Shown here piece after piece: positions 1 to 7,694 of a DNA stretch of 9,200 nt. The notes under the pieces are model-generated. The model was not told where the DNA came from and searched no databases. It saw only the letters and a program-made list of their open reading frames with translations. The position numbers and the translations under genes are program-made. The number at the start of each line of letters is the position of its first letter. The stretch's first letter is position 1. This DNA comes from a virus (taxonomy: Duplodnaviria; Heunggongvirae; Uroviricota; Caudoviricetes): the IMG/VR virus record IMGVR_UViG_2850808358_000007, positions 1 through 9,200 of that record; one strand, 5' to 3'.

Positions 1-819
1 TTAAGCAGCCATCTGATGATATTTTTCCCTGAAGGCTGCCGGGGAGATATTCCCCAGACGAGAGTGACGACGCTGACGATTGTAGAAAATCTCAATGTAT
101 TCCCGTATTACTGAGATGGCTTCATCCCGGTTATTAAAACGATAGTGGCTCAGGCTCTCATTTTTCAGCGTTCCCCAGAAGCTTTCCATCGGAGCGTTGT
201 CGTAACAGTTACCTTTACGCGACATTGATGTTTTCAGACCAAACTGCTCCTGTATGACCCGGTAATCGTATGCGCAGTACTGTGAACCTCGATCAGAGTG
301 GTGGATTAGCCCGGCAGGTGGGCGCTGGCTCCTGAGCGCCATAAACAGGGCTTTACCTGTCAGCTCTTTTGTCATGCGCTCTCCCATGGCGTAGCCGACA
401 ATTTCGCACGTATAAACATCTTTGATGCCAGCGAGGTACAACCATCCCTCCTGTGTGGCAACATACGTCAGGTCCGCCACCCAGACCTGATTTGGTGCTG
501 TAGGAGCGAACGTCTGGTTCAGCAGATTTGGCGCAACTGGCAGATTGTGGTTCGGGTTCGTAGTCGCTCTGAACTTGCGTTTCTGCTTACAGCGTAGCCT
601 TAGCTCCTTACGAAGACGTGCCAGTCGGTCACGACCAACGATGATGCCATTCTCTGCCAGCTCCGTCTGGAGCCGCCGGGTTCCATATGTTTCGCGAGTG
701 CGGATATGTGCCACCTTAATCTCCAGTTTTAGCCGCTCATCACTTTGTTTTCTGTCTGAGGGTTCATGCTGTACCCGGTTGTAATAACCGCTCCTGGATA
801 CACCAAATACCTGACACAT
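1..819 (-). CDS. IS3-family transposase OrfB (DDE catalytic domain)
   Basis: 272-aa ORF with integrase-like DDE-region motifs (HSDRGSQY, CYDNAPMESFWGTLK). It is in the -1 frame relative to orfA, and that frame is open with no stop from the slippery site (~906) down to the ATG at 819. Confidence 0.85.
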   Translation of the reverse strand: MCQVFGVSRSGYYNRVQHEPSDRKQSDERLKLEIKVAHIRTRETYGTRRLQTELAENGIIVGRDRLARLRKELRLRCKQKRKFRATTNPNHNLPVAPNLLNQTFAPTAPNQVWVADLTYVATQEGWLYLAGIKDVYTCEIVGYAMGERMTKELTGKALFMALRSQRPPAGLIHHSDRGSQYCAYDYRVIQEQFGLKTSMSRKGNCYDNAPMESFWGTLKNESLSHYRFNNRDEAISVIREYIEIFYNRQRRHSRLGNISPAAFREKYHQMAA

Positions 820-1157
820 CGCTTCAATGGGAAATTGTTGTCGCCATTGTTCGATTAACGCGTATTTTTCAGCGACTCCTGTGCAAAATACGCTGTTGCT
901 TTTTTTAATATATCTCGCTCAAGGCGAGCTTCATTTAACGCCTTACGCAGTTGCAGAATTTCAGATTCCAGTTCAGCCACCGTGCGGGAACCAGGAGTAC
1001 CGAGCCCTTTTCTGGCGGCGGTAACCCATTGTCCTAAAGTGCCTTCAGGAAGGGATAATCGGGAAGCGCCTTCACTGATCGAAAGTTGATTTTCAAGAAC
1101 CGTTCTGACAGCTTCGGCTTTGAACTCTTTAGAGTAACGTTGGGTTTTTCTGCTCAT
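1..1157 (-). CDS. OrfAB transframe transposase (predicted -1 programmed frameshift product)
   Basis: Slippery heptamer A_AAA_AAA (minus strand, 906..900) sits in the orfA zero frame at codons Leu-Lys-Lys. After a -1 slip the frame reads ...KKSNSVFCTGVAEKYALIEQWRQQFPIEAMCQVFG... without a stop into orfB (translated by hand from the sequence). Confidence 0.65.
855..1157 (-). CDS. IS3-family transposase OrfA (DNA-binding N-terminal part)
   Basis: 100-aa ORF beginning MSRKTQRYSKEFKAEAV, with a C-terminal leucine-heptad region (LESEILQLRKALNEARLERDILKKATAYFA) typical of IS3-family OrfA. A GGAG Shine-Dalgarno lies about 8 nt upstream on the minus strand (reverse complement of 1162-1175). Confidence 0.85.
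   Translation of the reverse strand: MSRKTQRYSKEFKAEAVRTVLENQLSISEGASRLSLPEGTLGQWVTAARKGLGTPGSRTVAELESEILQLRKALNEARLERDILKKATAYFAQESLKNTR
900..906 (-). other. -1 programmed ribosomal frameshift slippery site (A AAA AAA G) of the IS transposase
   Basis: A run of 7 T on the plus strand at 900-906, i.e. 7 A on the minus strand, positioned in the orfA frame as X_XXY_YYZ. Confidence 0.6.
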
Positions 1158-1221
1158 TATTAGCTCCTTCTGATGCCATTCTATTTCAGGAAGGAGTGTC
1201 CGTTAAACTCAGGCTACCTCA

Positions 1222-2175
1222 GTCGGCATGGTCTGCACGGCCAGCGATGCGGATGCGGAAACCTTTCCCCTCAATAAACCTGTGCTGATTACCAATGTGC
1301 AGAGCGCAATTGCAAAGGCCGGTAAAAAAGGCACGCTGGCGGCGTCGCTGCAGGCCATCGCCGACCAGTCAAAACCGGTCACCGTTGTTGTGCGCGTGGA
1401 AGACGGCACCGGCGACGACGAGGAAACGAAACTTGCGCAGACCGTTTCCAATATCATCGGCACCACCGACGAAAACGGTCAGTACACCGGACTGAAAGCC
1501 CTGCTGGCGGCGGAGTCAGTAACCGGTGTTAAACCGCGTATTCTCGGCGTGCCGGGACTGGACACCAAAGAGGTGGCTGTTGCACTGGCATCAGTCTGTC
1601 AGAAGCTGCGCGCTTTCGGGTATATCAGCGCATGGGGCTGTAAGACCATTTCCGAGGTGAAAGCCTACCGCCAGAATTTCAGCCAGCGTGAGCTGATGGT
1701 CATCTGGCCGGATTTCCTCGCATGGGATACGGTCACCAGTACCACCGCCACCGCGTATGCCACCGCCCGTGCGCTGGGTCTGCGTGCTAAAATCGACCAG
1801 GAGCAGGGCTGGCATAAAACGTTGTCCAACGTCGGGGTAAATGGTGTTACCGGCATCAGCGCATCTGTATTCTGGGATTTGCAGGAGTCCGGTACCGATG
1901 CTGACCTGCTTAACGAGTCAGGCGTCACTACGCTGATTCGCGACATCGTTGACGGCATCAATGCCAAATTTCGTGAGCTGAAAACAAACGGCTATATCGT
2001 GGATGCGACCTGCTGGTTCAGCGAAGAATCCAACGATGCGGAAACTCTTAAGGCCGGAAAACTGTATATCGACTACGACTATACCCCGGTTCCTCCTCTT
2101 GAAAACCTGACCCTGCGCCAGCGTATTACCGATAAATACCTGGCAAATCTGGTCACCTCGGTTAACAGCAATTAA
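1222..2175 (+). pseudogene. FI: P2-like tail sheath protein FI, 5'-truncated by the IS insertion (first in-frame ATG at 1228)
   Basis: The reading frame is open from the IS junction, and the protein ([27 protein letters not shown]...[12 protein letters not shown]) matches my recollection of P2 gpFI. About 317 codons remain versus the ~396 aa I recall for P2 FI. There is no native N-terminus or ribosome-binding site, and the gene sits immediately upstream of FII as in P2. Confidence 0.8.
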
Positions 2176-2187
2176 GGAGCCTGACCG

Positions 2188-2706
2188 ATGGCAATGCCGC
2201 GCAAACTCAAGTTAATGAACGTCTTTCTGAACGGCTACAGCTATCAGGGCGTTGCAAAGTCCGTCACGCTGCCAAAACTGACCCGTAAACTCGAAAACTA
2301 TCGCGGTGCGGGGATGAACGGAAGCGCACCGGTAGACCTCGGCCTTGATGACGATGCGCTGTCAATGGAGTGGTCGCTCGGGGGCTTCCCGGATTCGGTT
2401 ATCTGGGAGCTTTACGCCGCAACCGGTGTGGATGCCGTGCCGATTCGTTTTGCTGGCTCTTACCAGCGTGACGATACCGGCGAAACGGTGGCCGTAGAGG
2501 TGGTCATGCGTGGCCGTCAGAAAGAAATCGACACCGGCGAGGGTAAACAGGGAGAAGACACCGAGTCGAAAATCTCCGTGGTCTGCACCTATTTCCGGCT
2601 GACGATGGACGGTAAGGAGCTGGTCGAAATCGACACCATCAACATGATTGAGAAGGTGAACGGCGTCGACCGGCTGGAGCAACACCGCCGCAATATCGGC
2701 CTGTAA
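2188..2706 (+). CDS. FII: P2-like tail tube protein FII
   Basis: 172-aa ORF, the length I recall for P2 gpFII. AGGAG lies 8 nt upstream of the ATG. Position between FI and E is syntenic with P2. Confidence 0.88.
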   Translation: MAMPRKLKLMNVFLNGYSYQGVAKSVTLPKLTRKLENYRGAGMNGSAPVDLGLDDDALSMEWSLGGFPDSVIWELYAATGVDAVPIRFAGSYQRDDTGETVAVEVVMRGRQKEIDTGEGKQGEDTESKISVVCTYFRLTMDGKELVEIDTINMIEKVNGVDRLEQHRRNIGL

Positions 2707-2762
2707 TTTTCATCCGGTCAGCCTGCCTGACCGGTTAACACCGATTCAGAAGTGAGAAAACC

Positions 2763-3038
2763 ATGAACAAAGAAAATGTGATTACCCTGGACAATCCGGT
2801 CAAGCGTGGTGAGCAGGTTATCGAACAGGTCACGCTGATGAAACCCAGTGCGGGGACGCTGCGCGGTGTCAGTCTGGCTGCGGTCGCAAACTCAGAAGTC
2901 GATGCACTGATTAAGGTGCTGCCGCGCATGACGGCACCGATGCTGACCGAGCAGGAAGTCGCCGCGCTGGAACTGCCTGACCTTGTGGCGCTGGCTGGTA
3001 AGGTGGTCGGTTTTTTGTCGCCGAACTCGGTGCAGTAA
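2763..3038 (+). CDS. E: P2-like tail assembly chaperone gpE
   Basis: 91-aa ORF, the length I recall for P2 gpE, with the slippery heptamer T_TTT_TTG near its 3' end. Confidence 0.85.
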   Translation: MNKENVITLDNPVKRGEQVIEQVTLMKPSAGTLRGVSLAAVANSEVDALIKVLPRMTAPMLTEQEVAALELPDLVALAGKVVGFLSPNSVQ

Positions 3039-3190
3039 CGTTCCCGAAAAATCTGTCGGTCGATGACCTGATGGCGGATGTGGCAGTGATATTTCACTGG
3101 CCGCCATCAGAACTGTATCCCATGAGCCTGACCGAACTCATCACATGGCGCGAAAAGGCGCTCCGGCGAAGCGGAAACACAAATGAGTAA
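2763..3190 (+). CDS. E': gpE+E' transframe tail chaperone (predicted -1 frameshift at 3011-3017)
   Basis: T_TTT_TTG at 3011-3017 is in the E zero frame (codons Gly-Phe-Leu). By hand translation the -1 frame is then open to a TAA at 3188-3190, giving ~142 aa, the length I recall for P2 E+E'. Confidence 0.65.
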
Positions 3191-5609
3191 CAATGTAAAA
3201 TTACAGGTATTGCTCAGGGCTGTTGACCAGGCATCCCGCCCGTTTAAATCCATCCGCACAGCGAGTAAGTCGCTGTCGGGGATATCCGGGAAACACAAAA
3301 ATCACTGCGCGAGCTGAACGGTCACGCATCCCGTATTGAGGGATTCCGCAAGACCAGTGCACAGCTCGCCGTGACTGGTCATGCACTTGAAAAGGCACGG
3401 CAGGAGGCCGAAGCCCTTGCCACACAGTTTAAAAACACCGAACGTCCGACCCGTGCTCAGGCGAAAGTGCTGGAATCAGCAAAGCGAGCGGCGGAGGACT
3501 TACAGGCGAAATATAACCGCCTGACGGATTCCGTTAAACGCCAGCAGCGGGAACTGGCCGCTGTGGGAATTAATACCCGCAATCTTGCACATGATGAGCA
3601 GGGACTGAAAAACCGTATCAGTGAAACCACCGCACAGCTTAACCGACAACGTGACGCGCTGGCGCGTGTCAGTGCGCAACAGGCAAAACTTAACGCAGTA
3701 AAACAGCGTTATCAGGCAGGCAAGGAACTGGCCGGAAATATGGCCTCAGTGGGCGCTGCCGGTGTGGGGATTGCTGCTGCGGGAACAATGGCCGGAGTTA
3801 AGCTACTGATGCCCGGTTATGAGTTTGCGCAGAAAAACTCAGAATTGCAGGCCGTGCTCGGAGTGGCAAAAGACTCTGCCGAAATGGCTGCACTACGCAA
3901 GCAGGCGCGCCAGCTCGGCGGACGATGCAGCCGGTGCGCAGATTATCATTGCGAAAGCGGGTGGAGATGCTGCGGCTATTCAGGCGGCAACGCCGGTCAC
4001 GCTGAATATGGCACTGGCGAATCAGCGGACGATGGAAGAAAACGCGCAACTGTTGCTGGGGACTAAGGCATCCTTTCAACTGTCAAATGATGATGTCAGC
4101 CATGTGGGCGACGTGTTGTCAGCAACGATGAATAAGTCGGCGGCTGATTTTCAGGGACTCAGTGATGCACTGACTTACCTCGGTCCGGTTGCGAGGACGG
4201 CAGGTGTAAGTCTTGAGCAGGCAGCGGCCATGACAGGTGTGCTGCATGACAATAACATCAGGGGGTCAATGGCGGGTACGGGTAGTAGTGCCGTTGTCAC
4301 CCGATTACAGGCTCCGACAGGGAAAGCATGGGAAGCACTAAAAGAGCTTGGCGTTAAAACCTCGGACAAAAAGGGAAATATGCGTCCGTTGTTCACCATT
4401 CTGAAAGAGATTCAGGTCAGCTTTGATAAACACAAGCTGGGAACGTCTCAGAAGGGGGAATACCTTAAAACCATTTTTGGTGAGGAAGCCCTGAAATCAG
4501 CGAACGTTTTACTGGCAGCGGCTGCAAGCGGAAAACTGGATAAGCTGACCGCCACGCTGAAAGCCTCGGACGGTAAAACGGAAGAGCTGGTTAAAATCAT
4601 GCAGGACAACCTCGGCGGTGACTTTAAGGAGTTTCAGTCCGCTTATGAGGCGGTGGGGACTGACCTGTTTGACCAGCAGGAAGGCGCACTGCGTAATCTC
4701 ACGCAGACGGCCACAAAGTATGTGTTAAAACTCGACGGCTGGATCCAGAAAAACAAATCACTGGCGTCAACCATCGGCATCATTGTCGGTGGTGCACTGG
4801 CGCTGACTGGTGTCATCGGTGCCATTGGCCTCGTAGCCTGGCCGGTTATCACCGGCATCAATGCCATTATCGCGGCAGCAGGCGCAATGGGGGCAATCTT
4901 CACGACGGTTGGCAGTGCTGTTATGACGGCCATCGGGGCGATTAGCTGGCCGGTTGTGGCCGTGGTGGCTGCAATTGTCGCCGGGGCGTTGCTTATCCGT
5001 AAATACTGGGAGCCTGTCAGCGCATTCTTTGGCGGTGTGGTGGAAGGGCTGAAAGCGGCATTTGCGCCGGTGGGGGAACTGTTCGCGCCACTTAAGCCGG
5101 TGTTTGACTGGCTGGGTGAAAAGTTACAGGCCGCGTGGCAGTGGTTTAAAAACCTGATTGCCCCCGTCAAAGCCACCCAGGACACCCTGAACCGTTGCCG
5201 TGATACGGGCGTCATGTTCGGGCAGGCACTGGCTGACGCGCTGATGCTGCCGCTTAATGCGTTCAACAAACTGCGCAGCGGCATTGACTGGGTACTGGAA
5301 AAACTCGGTGTTATCAACAAAGAGTCAGACACACTTGACCAGACCGCCGCCAGAACTCATGCCGCCACGTATGGCAACGGTGGTTATATTCCGGCGACCA
5401 GCTCTTATGCAGGCTATCAGGCTTATCAGCCGGTCACGGTACCGGCTGGTCGCTCTTATGTGGACCAGAGTAAAAACGAATATCACATCAGCCTGACGGG
5501 TGGTACTGCGCCGGGGACACAGCTTGACCGCCAGTTACAGGATGCGCTCGAAAAATACGAGCGGGATAAACGTGCGCGCGCCCGTGCCAGCATGATGCAT
5601 GACGGTTAA
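3183..5609 (+). pseudogene. T: P2-like tail tape measure protein gpT, disrupted by two reading-frame changes
   Basis: Three colinear frame segments: ATG at 3183 (MSNNVKLQVLLRAVDQ...) stops at 3315-3317; a second frame is open from 3269 to 4066; a third runs 3819-5609. All read as continuous tape-measure-like sequence (coiled-coil N-terminus, Gly/Ala/Ile-rich hydrophobic segment, C-terminus ...YERDKRARARASMMHDG). The 2427-nt span is close to the 815 codons I recall for P2 gpT. Confidence 0.7.
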
Positions 5610-5623
5610 GGAGGTGACGAAAA

Positions 5624-6103
5624 GTGATGCTCGCGTTAGGTATGTTTGTTTTTATGCGCCAGACGCTGCCACACCAGACCATGCAGCGTGAATCAGATTA
5701 TCGCTGGCCGTCAAATTCCCGTATCGGTAAACGGGATGCCTACCAGTTTCTCGGTGTGGGTGAGGAAAACATGACGCTTGCCGGCGTGCTTTATCCCGAA
5801 CTGACCGGCGGGAAGCTGACGATGACCACGCTCAGGCTGATGGCAGAGGAAGGCCGGGCGTGGCCGTTGCTGGATGGCACTGGCATGATTTACGGCATGT
5901 ATATCGTCAGCAAGGTGAGTGAAACAGGGAGTATTTTCTTTGCAGACGGCACACCCCGGAAAATTGATTTTACGCTGTCACTCACCCGCGTTGATGAATC
6001 ACTGGCCGCGCTTTATGGCGATATCGGTAAACAGGCGGAATCGCTCATCGGTAAGGCTGGCAGTATGGCGACCAGATTCACGGGTATGACGGGGGCGGGA
6101 TAA
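5624..6103 (+). CDS. U: P2-like tail protein gpU
   Basis: 159-aa ORF, the length I recall for P2 gpU, starting at GTG 5624 followed by ATG 5627. GGAGGT at 5610-5615 is 8 nt upstream. Its stop overlaps the D start (TAATG). Confidence 0.85.
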   Translation: MMLALGMFVFMRQTLPHQTMQRESDYRWPSNSRIGKRDAYQFLGVGEENMTLAGVLYPELTGGKLTMTTLRLMAEEGRAWPLLDGTGMIYGMYIVSKVSETGSIFFADGTPRKIDFTLSLTRVDESLAALYGDIGKQAESLIGKAGSMATRFTGMTGAG

Positions 6104-7266
6104 TGCTGGATGCGCTGACATTTGATGCAGGCAGTACGCTGACGCCGGATTACATGCTGATGCTCGACAGCAGGGATATTACCGGCAATATCAGCGACCG
6201 TCTGATGAGCATGACCCTGACGGATAACCGGGGCTTTGAGGCTGACCAGCTTGATATTGAACTGAACGACGCCGACGGGCAGGTAGGGCTACCGGTTCGT
6301 GGCGCTGTCCTGACGGTGTATATCGGCTGGAAAGGTTTTGCCCTGGTATGCAAAGGGAAATTTACCGTTGATGAGGTTGAACACCGGGGCGCACCGGATG
6401 TGGTCACCATCCGCGCCCGGAGTGCAGATTTTCGCGGGACGCTCAATTCCCGCCGTGAAGGCTCCTGGCATGACACCACGCTCGGTGCGATTGTTGAGGC
6501 GATAGCCTCCCGTAACAGGCTGGAAGCCAGTGTCGCGCCGTCACTGGCAGGAATTAAAATCCCGCACATCGACCAGTCGCAGGAGTCTGATGCGAAATTC
6601 CTGACCCGCCTTGCTGAACGCAACGGCGGTGAGGTGTCGGTAAAAATGGGAAAACTGTTGTTTCTCAAAGCGGGGCAGGGGGTGACGGCCAGCGGTAAAA
6701 AAATCCCGCAGATTACCATCACCCGCAGCGACGGCGACCGTCATCATTTTGCGATTGCTGACCGTGGAGCTTACACCGGCGTAACGGCAAAGTGGTTACA
6801 CACCAAAGACCCGAAGCCGCAAAAGCAGAAGGTAAAACTGAAACGCAAAAAGAAAGAAAAACACCTGCGCGCACTGGAGCACCCGAAAGCGAAACCGGTC
6901 ACGCAGAAGAAAGCGCCAAAAGTACCGGAAGCGCGCGAAGGTGAATACATGGCCGGTGAAGCTGACAACGTTTTTGCCCTGACTACGGTATATGCCACGA
7001 AAGCACAGGCCATGCGCGCCGCTCAGGCGAAGTGGGATAAACTGCAACGGGGCGTTGCGGAGTTCTCCATCAGCCTTGCCACTGGTCGTGCTGATATTTA
7101 CACGGAAACACCGGTCAGAGTGTCAGGCTTTAAGCGCGTCATAGACGAGCAGGACTGGACAATCACTAAGGTGACACATTTTCTGAATAATAGCGGCTTC
7201 ACGACGTCCTTGGAGCTTGAGGTCAGGCTTTCTGATGTGGAGTACGAAACAGAAGATGATGAGTAA
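6103..7266 (+). CDS. D: P2-like tail protein gpD
   Basis: 387-aa ORF, the length I recall for P2 gpD. Start is translationally coupled to the U stop, and position is syntenic with P2. It contains an internal Lys-rich linker. Confidence 0.88.
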   Translation: MLDALTFDAGSTLTPDYMLMLDSRDITGNISDRLMSMTLTDNRGFEADQLDIELNDADGQVGLPVRGAVLTVYIGWKGFALVCKGKFTVDEVEHRGAPDVVTIRARSADFRGTLNSRREGSWHDTTLGAIVEAIASRNRLEASVAPSLAGIKIPHIDQSQESDAKFLTRLAERNGGEVSVKMGKLLFLKAGQGVTASGKKIPQITITRSDGDRHHFAIADRGAYTGVTAKWLHTKDPKPQKQKVKLKRKKKEKHLRALEHPKAKPVTQKKAPKVPEAREGEYMAGEADNVFALTTVYATKAQAMRAAQAKWDKLQRGVAEFSISLATGRADIYTETPVRVSGFKRVIDEQDWTITKVTHFLNNSGFTTSLELEVRLSDVEYETEDDE

Positions 7267-7347
7267 TGTTTTTATTTTATCTGTTTGTTTTATAAGGATA
7301 AATTAACTAAAATGGCACCGTCAACAAAACCGGAAGAGGTGCTCGCG

Positions 7348-7566
7348 ATGTTTCATTGTCCTTTATGCCAGCATGCCGCACATGCGCGTACAAGCCGCTA
7401 TATCACTGACACGACAAAAGAGCGTTATCACCAGTGTCAGAACGTGAATTGCAGCGCCACGTTCATCACTTATGAGTCGGTACAGCGATACATCGTGAAG
7501 CCGGGAGAAGTCCACGCCGTAAGACCGCACCCGTTGCCGTCAGGGCAGCAAATTATGTGGATGTAA
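7348..7566 (+). CDS. ogr: Ogr, zinc-finger late gene transcription activator
   Basis: 72-aa product MFHCPLCQHAAHARTSRYITDTTKERYHQCQNVNCSATF... with Cys at 4, 7, 30 and 35 (a Cys4 zinc finger), matching my recollection of P2 Ogr and E. coli K-12 OgrK. GAGG lies ~8 nt upstream of this ATG. The tracked ORF starts further upstream at 7285, but that extension has no ribosome-binding site support. Confidence 0.9.
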   Translation: MFHCPLCQHAAHARTSRYITDTTKERYHQCQNVNCSATFITYESVQRYIVKPGEVHAVRPHPLPSGQQIMWM

Positions 7567-7578
7567 TTACAAACAGGA

Positions 7579-7603
7579 AGCCCCTCAGTCGAGGGGCTTT
7601 TTT
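7579..7603 (+). terminator. Rho-independent terminator downstream of ogr
   Basis: GC-rich perfect inverted repeat GCCCCTC (7580-7586) / GAGGGGC (7591-7597) with a 4-nt loop, followed by a run of 6 T (7598-7603), 13 nt after the ogr stop. Confidence 0.75.
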
Positions 7604-7667
7604 GTCGATGTGGTCAATGTGTGGACGTGACCAGAAATAAATCCTTTTATTTCATTGTATTACGCGT

Positions 7668-7694
7668 AAAAAATAAGCCCGTGTAAGGGAGATT
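7668..7694 (+). other. Putative P2 attachment-site core (attR) marking the prophage/host boundary
   Basis: AAAAAATAAGCCCGTGTAAGGGAGATT matches my recollection of the 27-bp P2 att core. It lies immediately after ogr and its terminator, where attP sits in the P2 genome, and before host yegQ. Recollection only, unverified. Confidence 0.55.

Larger units (their letters stand above)
1..1221 (-). mobile_element. IS3-family insertion sequence (IS600-like), partial; its orfB-side end lies beyond the left edge of the window
   Basis: Minus-strand orfA (100 aa) then orfB (272 aa) in the -1 frame, linked by an A-rich slippery site: the canonical IS3-family layout. The orfB stop codon occupies positions 1-3, so the terminal inverted repeat on that side is outside the window. 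The orfA-side end is inferred at ~1221: the minus strand there reads TGAGGTAGCCTGAGTTTAACGGACAC, resembling IS3-family terminal repeats (TG start, GGACAC motif). The IS600 name is from recollection of the 100/272 aa ORF pair and is unverified. Confidence 0.8.

Noticed and set aside
1209-1495. Small ORFs spanning the IS/FI junction (1209-1466 minus, 1295-1495 plus)
   Set aside because: They overlap the FI reading frame in other frames and have no coding-like composition. Artefacts.
3107-3425. Minus-strand ORFs (3107-3298, 3201-3425) at the E'/T junction
   Set aside because: Antisense to E' and the T N-terminus, short and with no features. The region is fully explained by the plus-strand genes.
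4643-5332. 229-aa minus-strand ORF antisense to the tape measure gene
   Set aside because: It lies entirely within the T coding region on the opposite strand. Its composition is low-complexity (Ser/Ala/Pro/Thr-rich), typical of antisense frames in GC-rich coding DNA, and it has no ribosome-binding site or synteny support.
6150-6722. 190-aa minus-strand ORF (plus smaller ones at 6289-6471, 6541-6747, 6771-7047) antisense to gene D
   Set aside because: Nested in antisense within the well-supported D gene. The sequences are Ser/Pro/Arg- or Phe/Arg-rich and do not look protein-like.
7285-7347. N-terminal extension of ogr to 93 aa (MFYKDKLTKMAPSTKPEEVLA-)
   Set aside because: The 72-aa product starting at ATG 7348 matches the Ogr/OgrK length I recall and has a GAGG ribosome-binding site at correct spacing. 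The upstream ATG lies in AT-rich promoter-like sequence with no Shine-Dalgarno.
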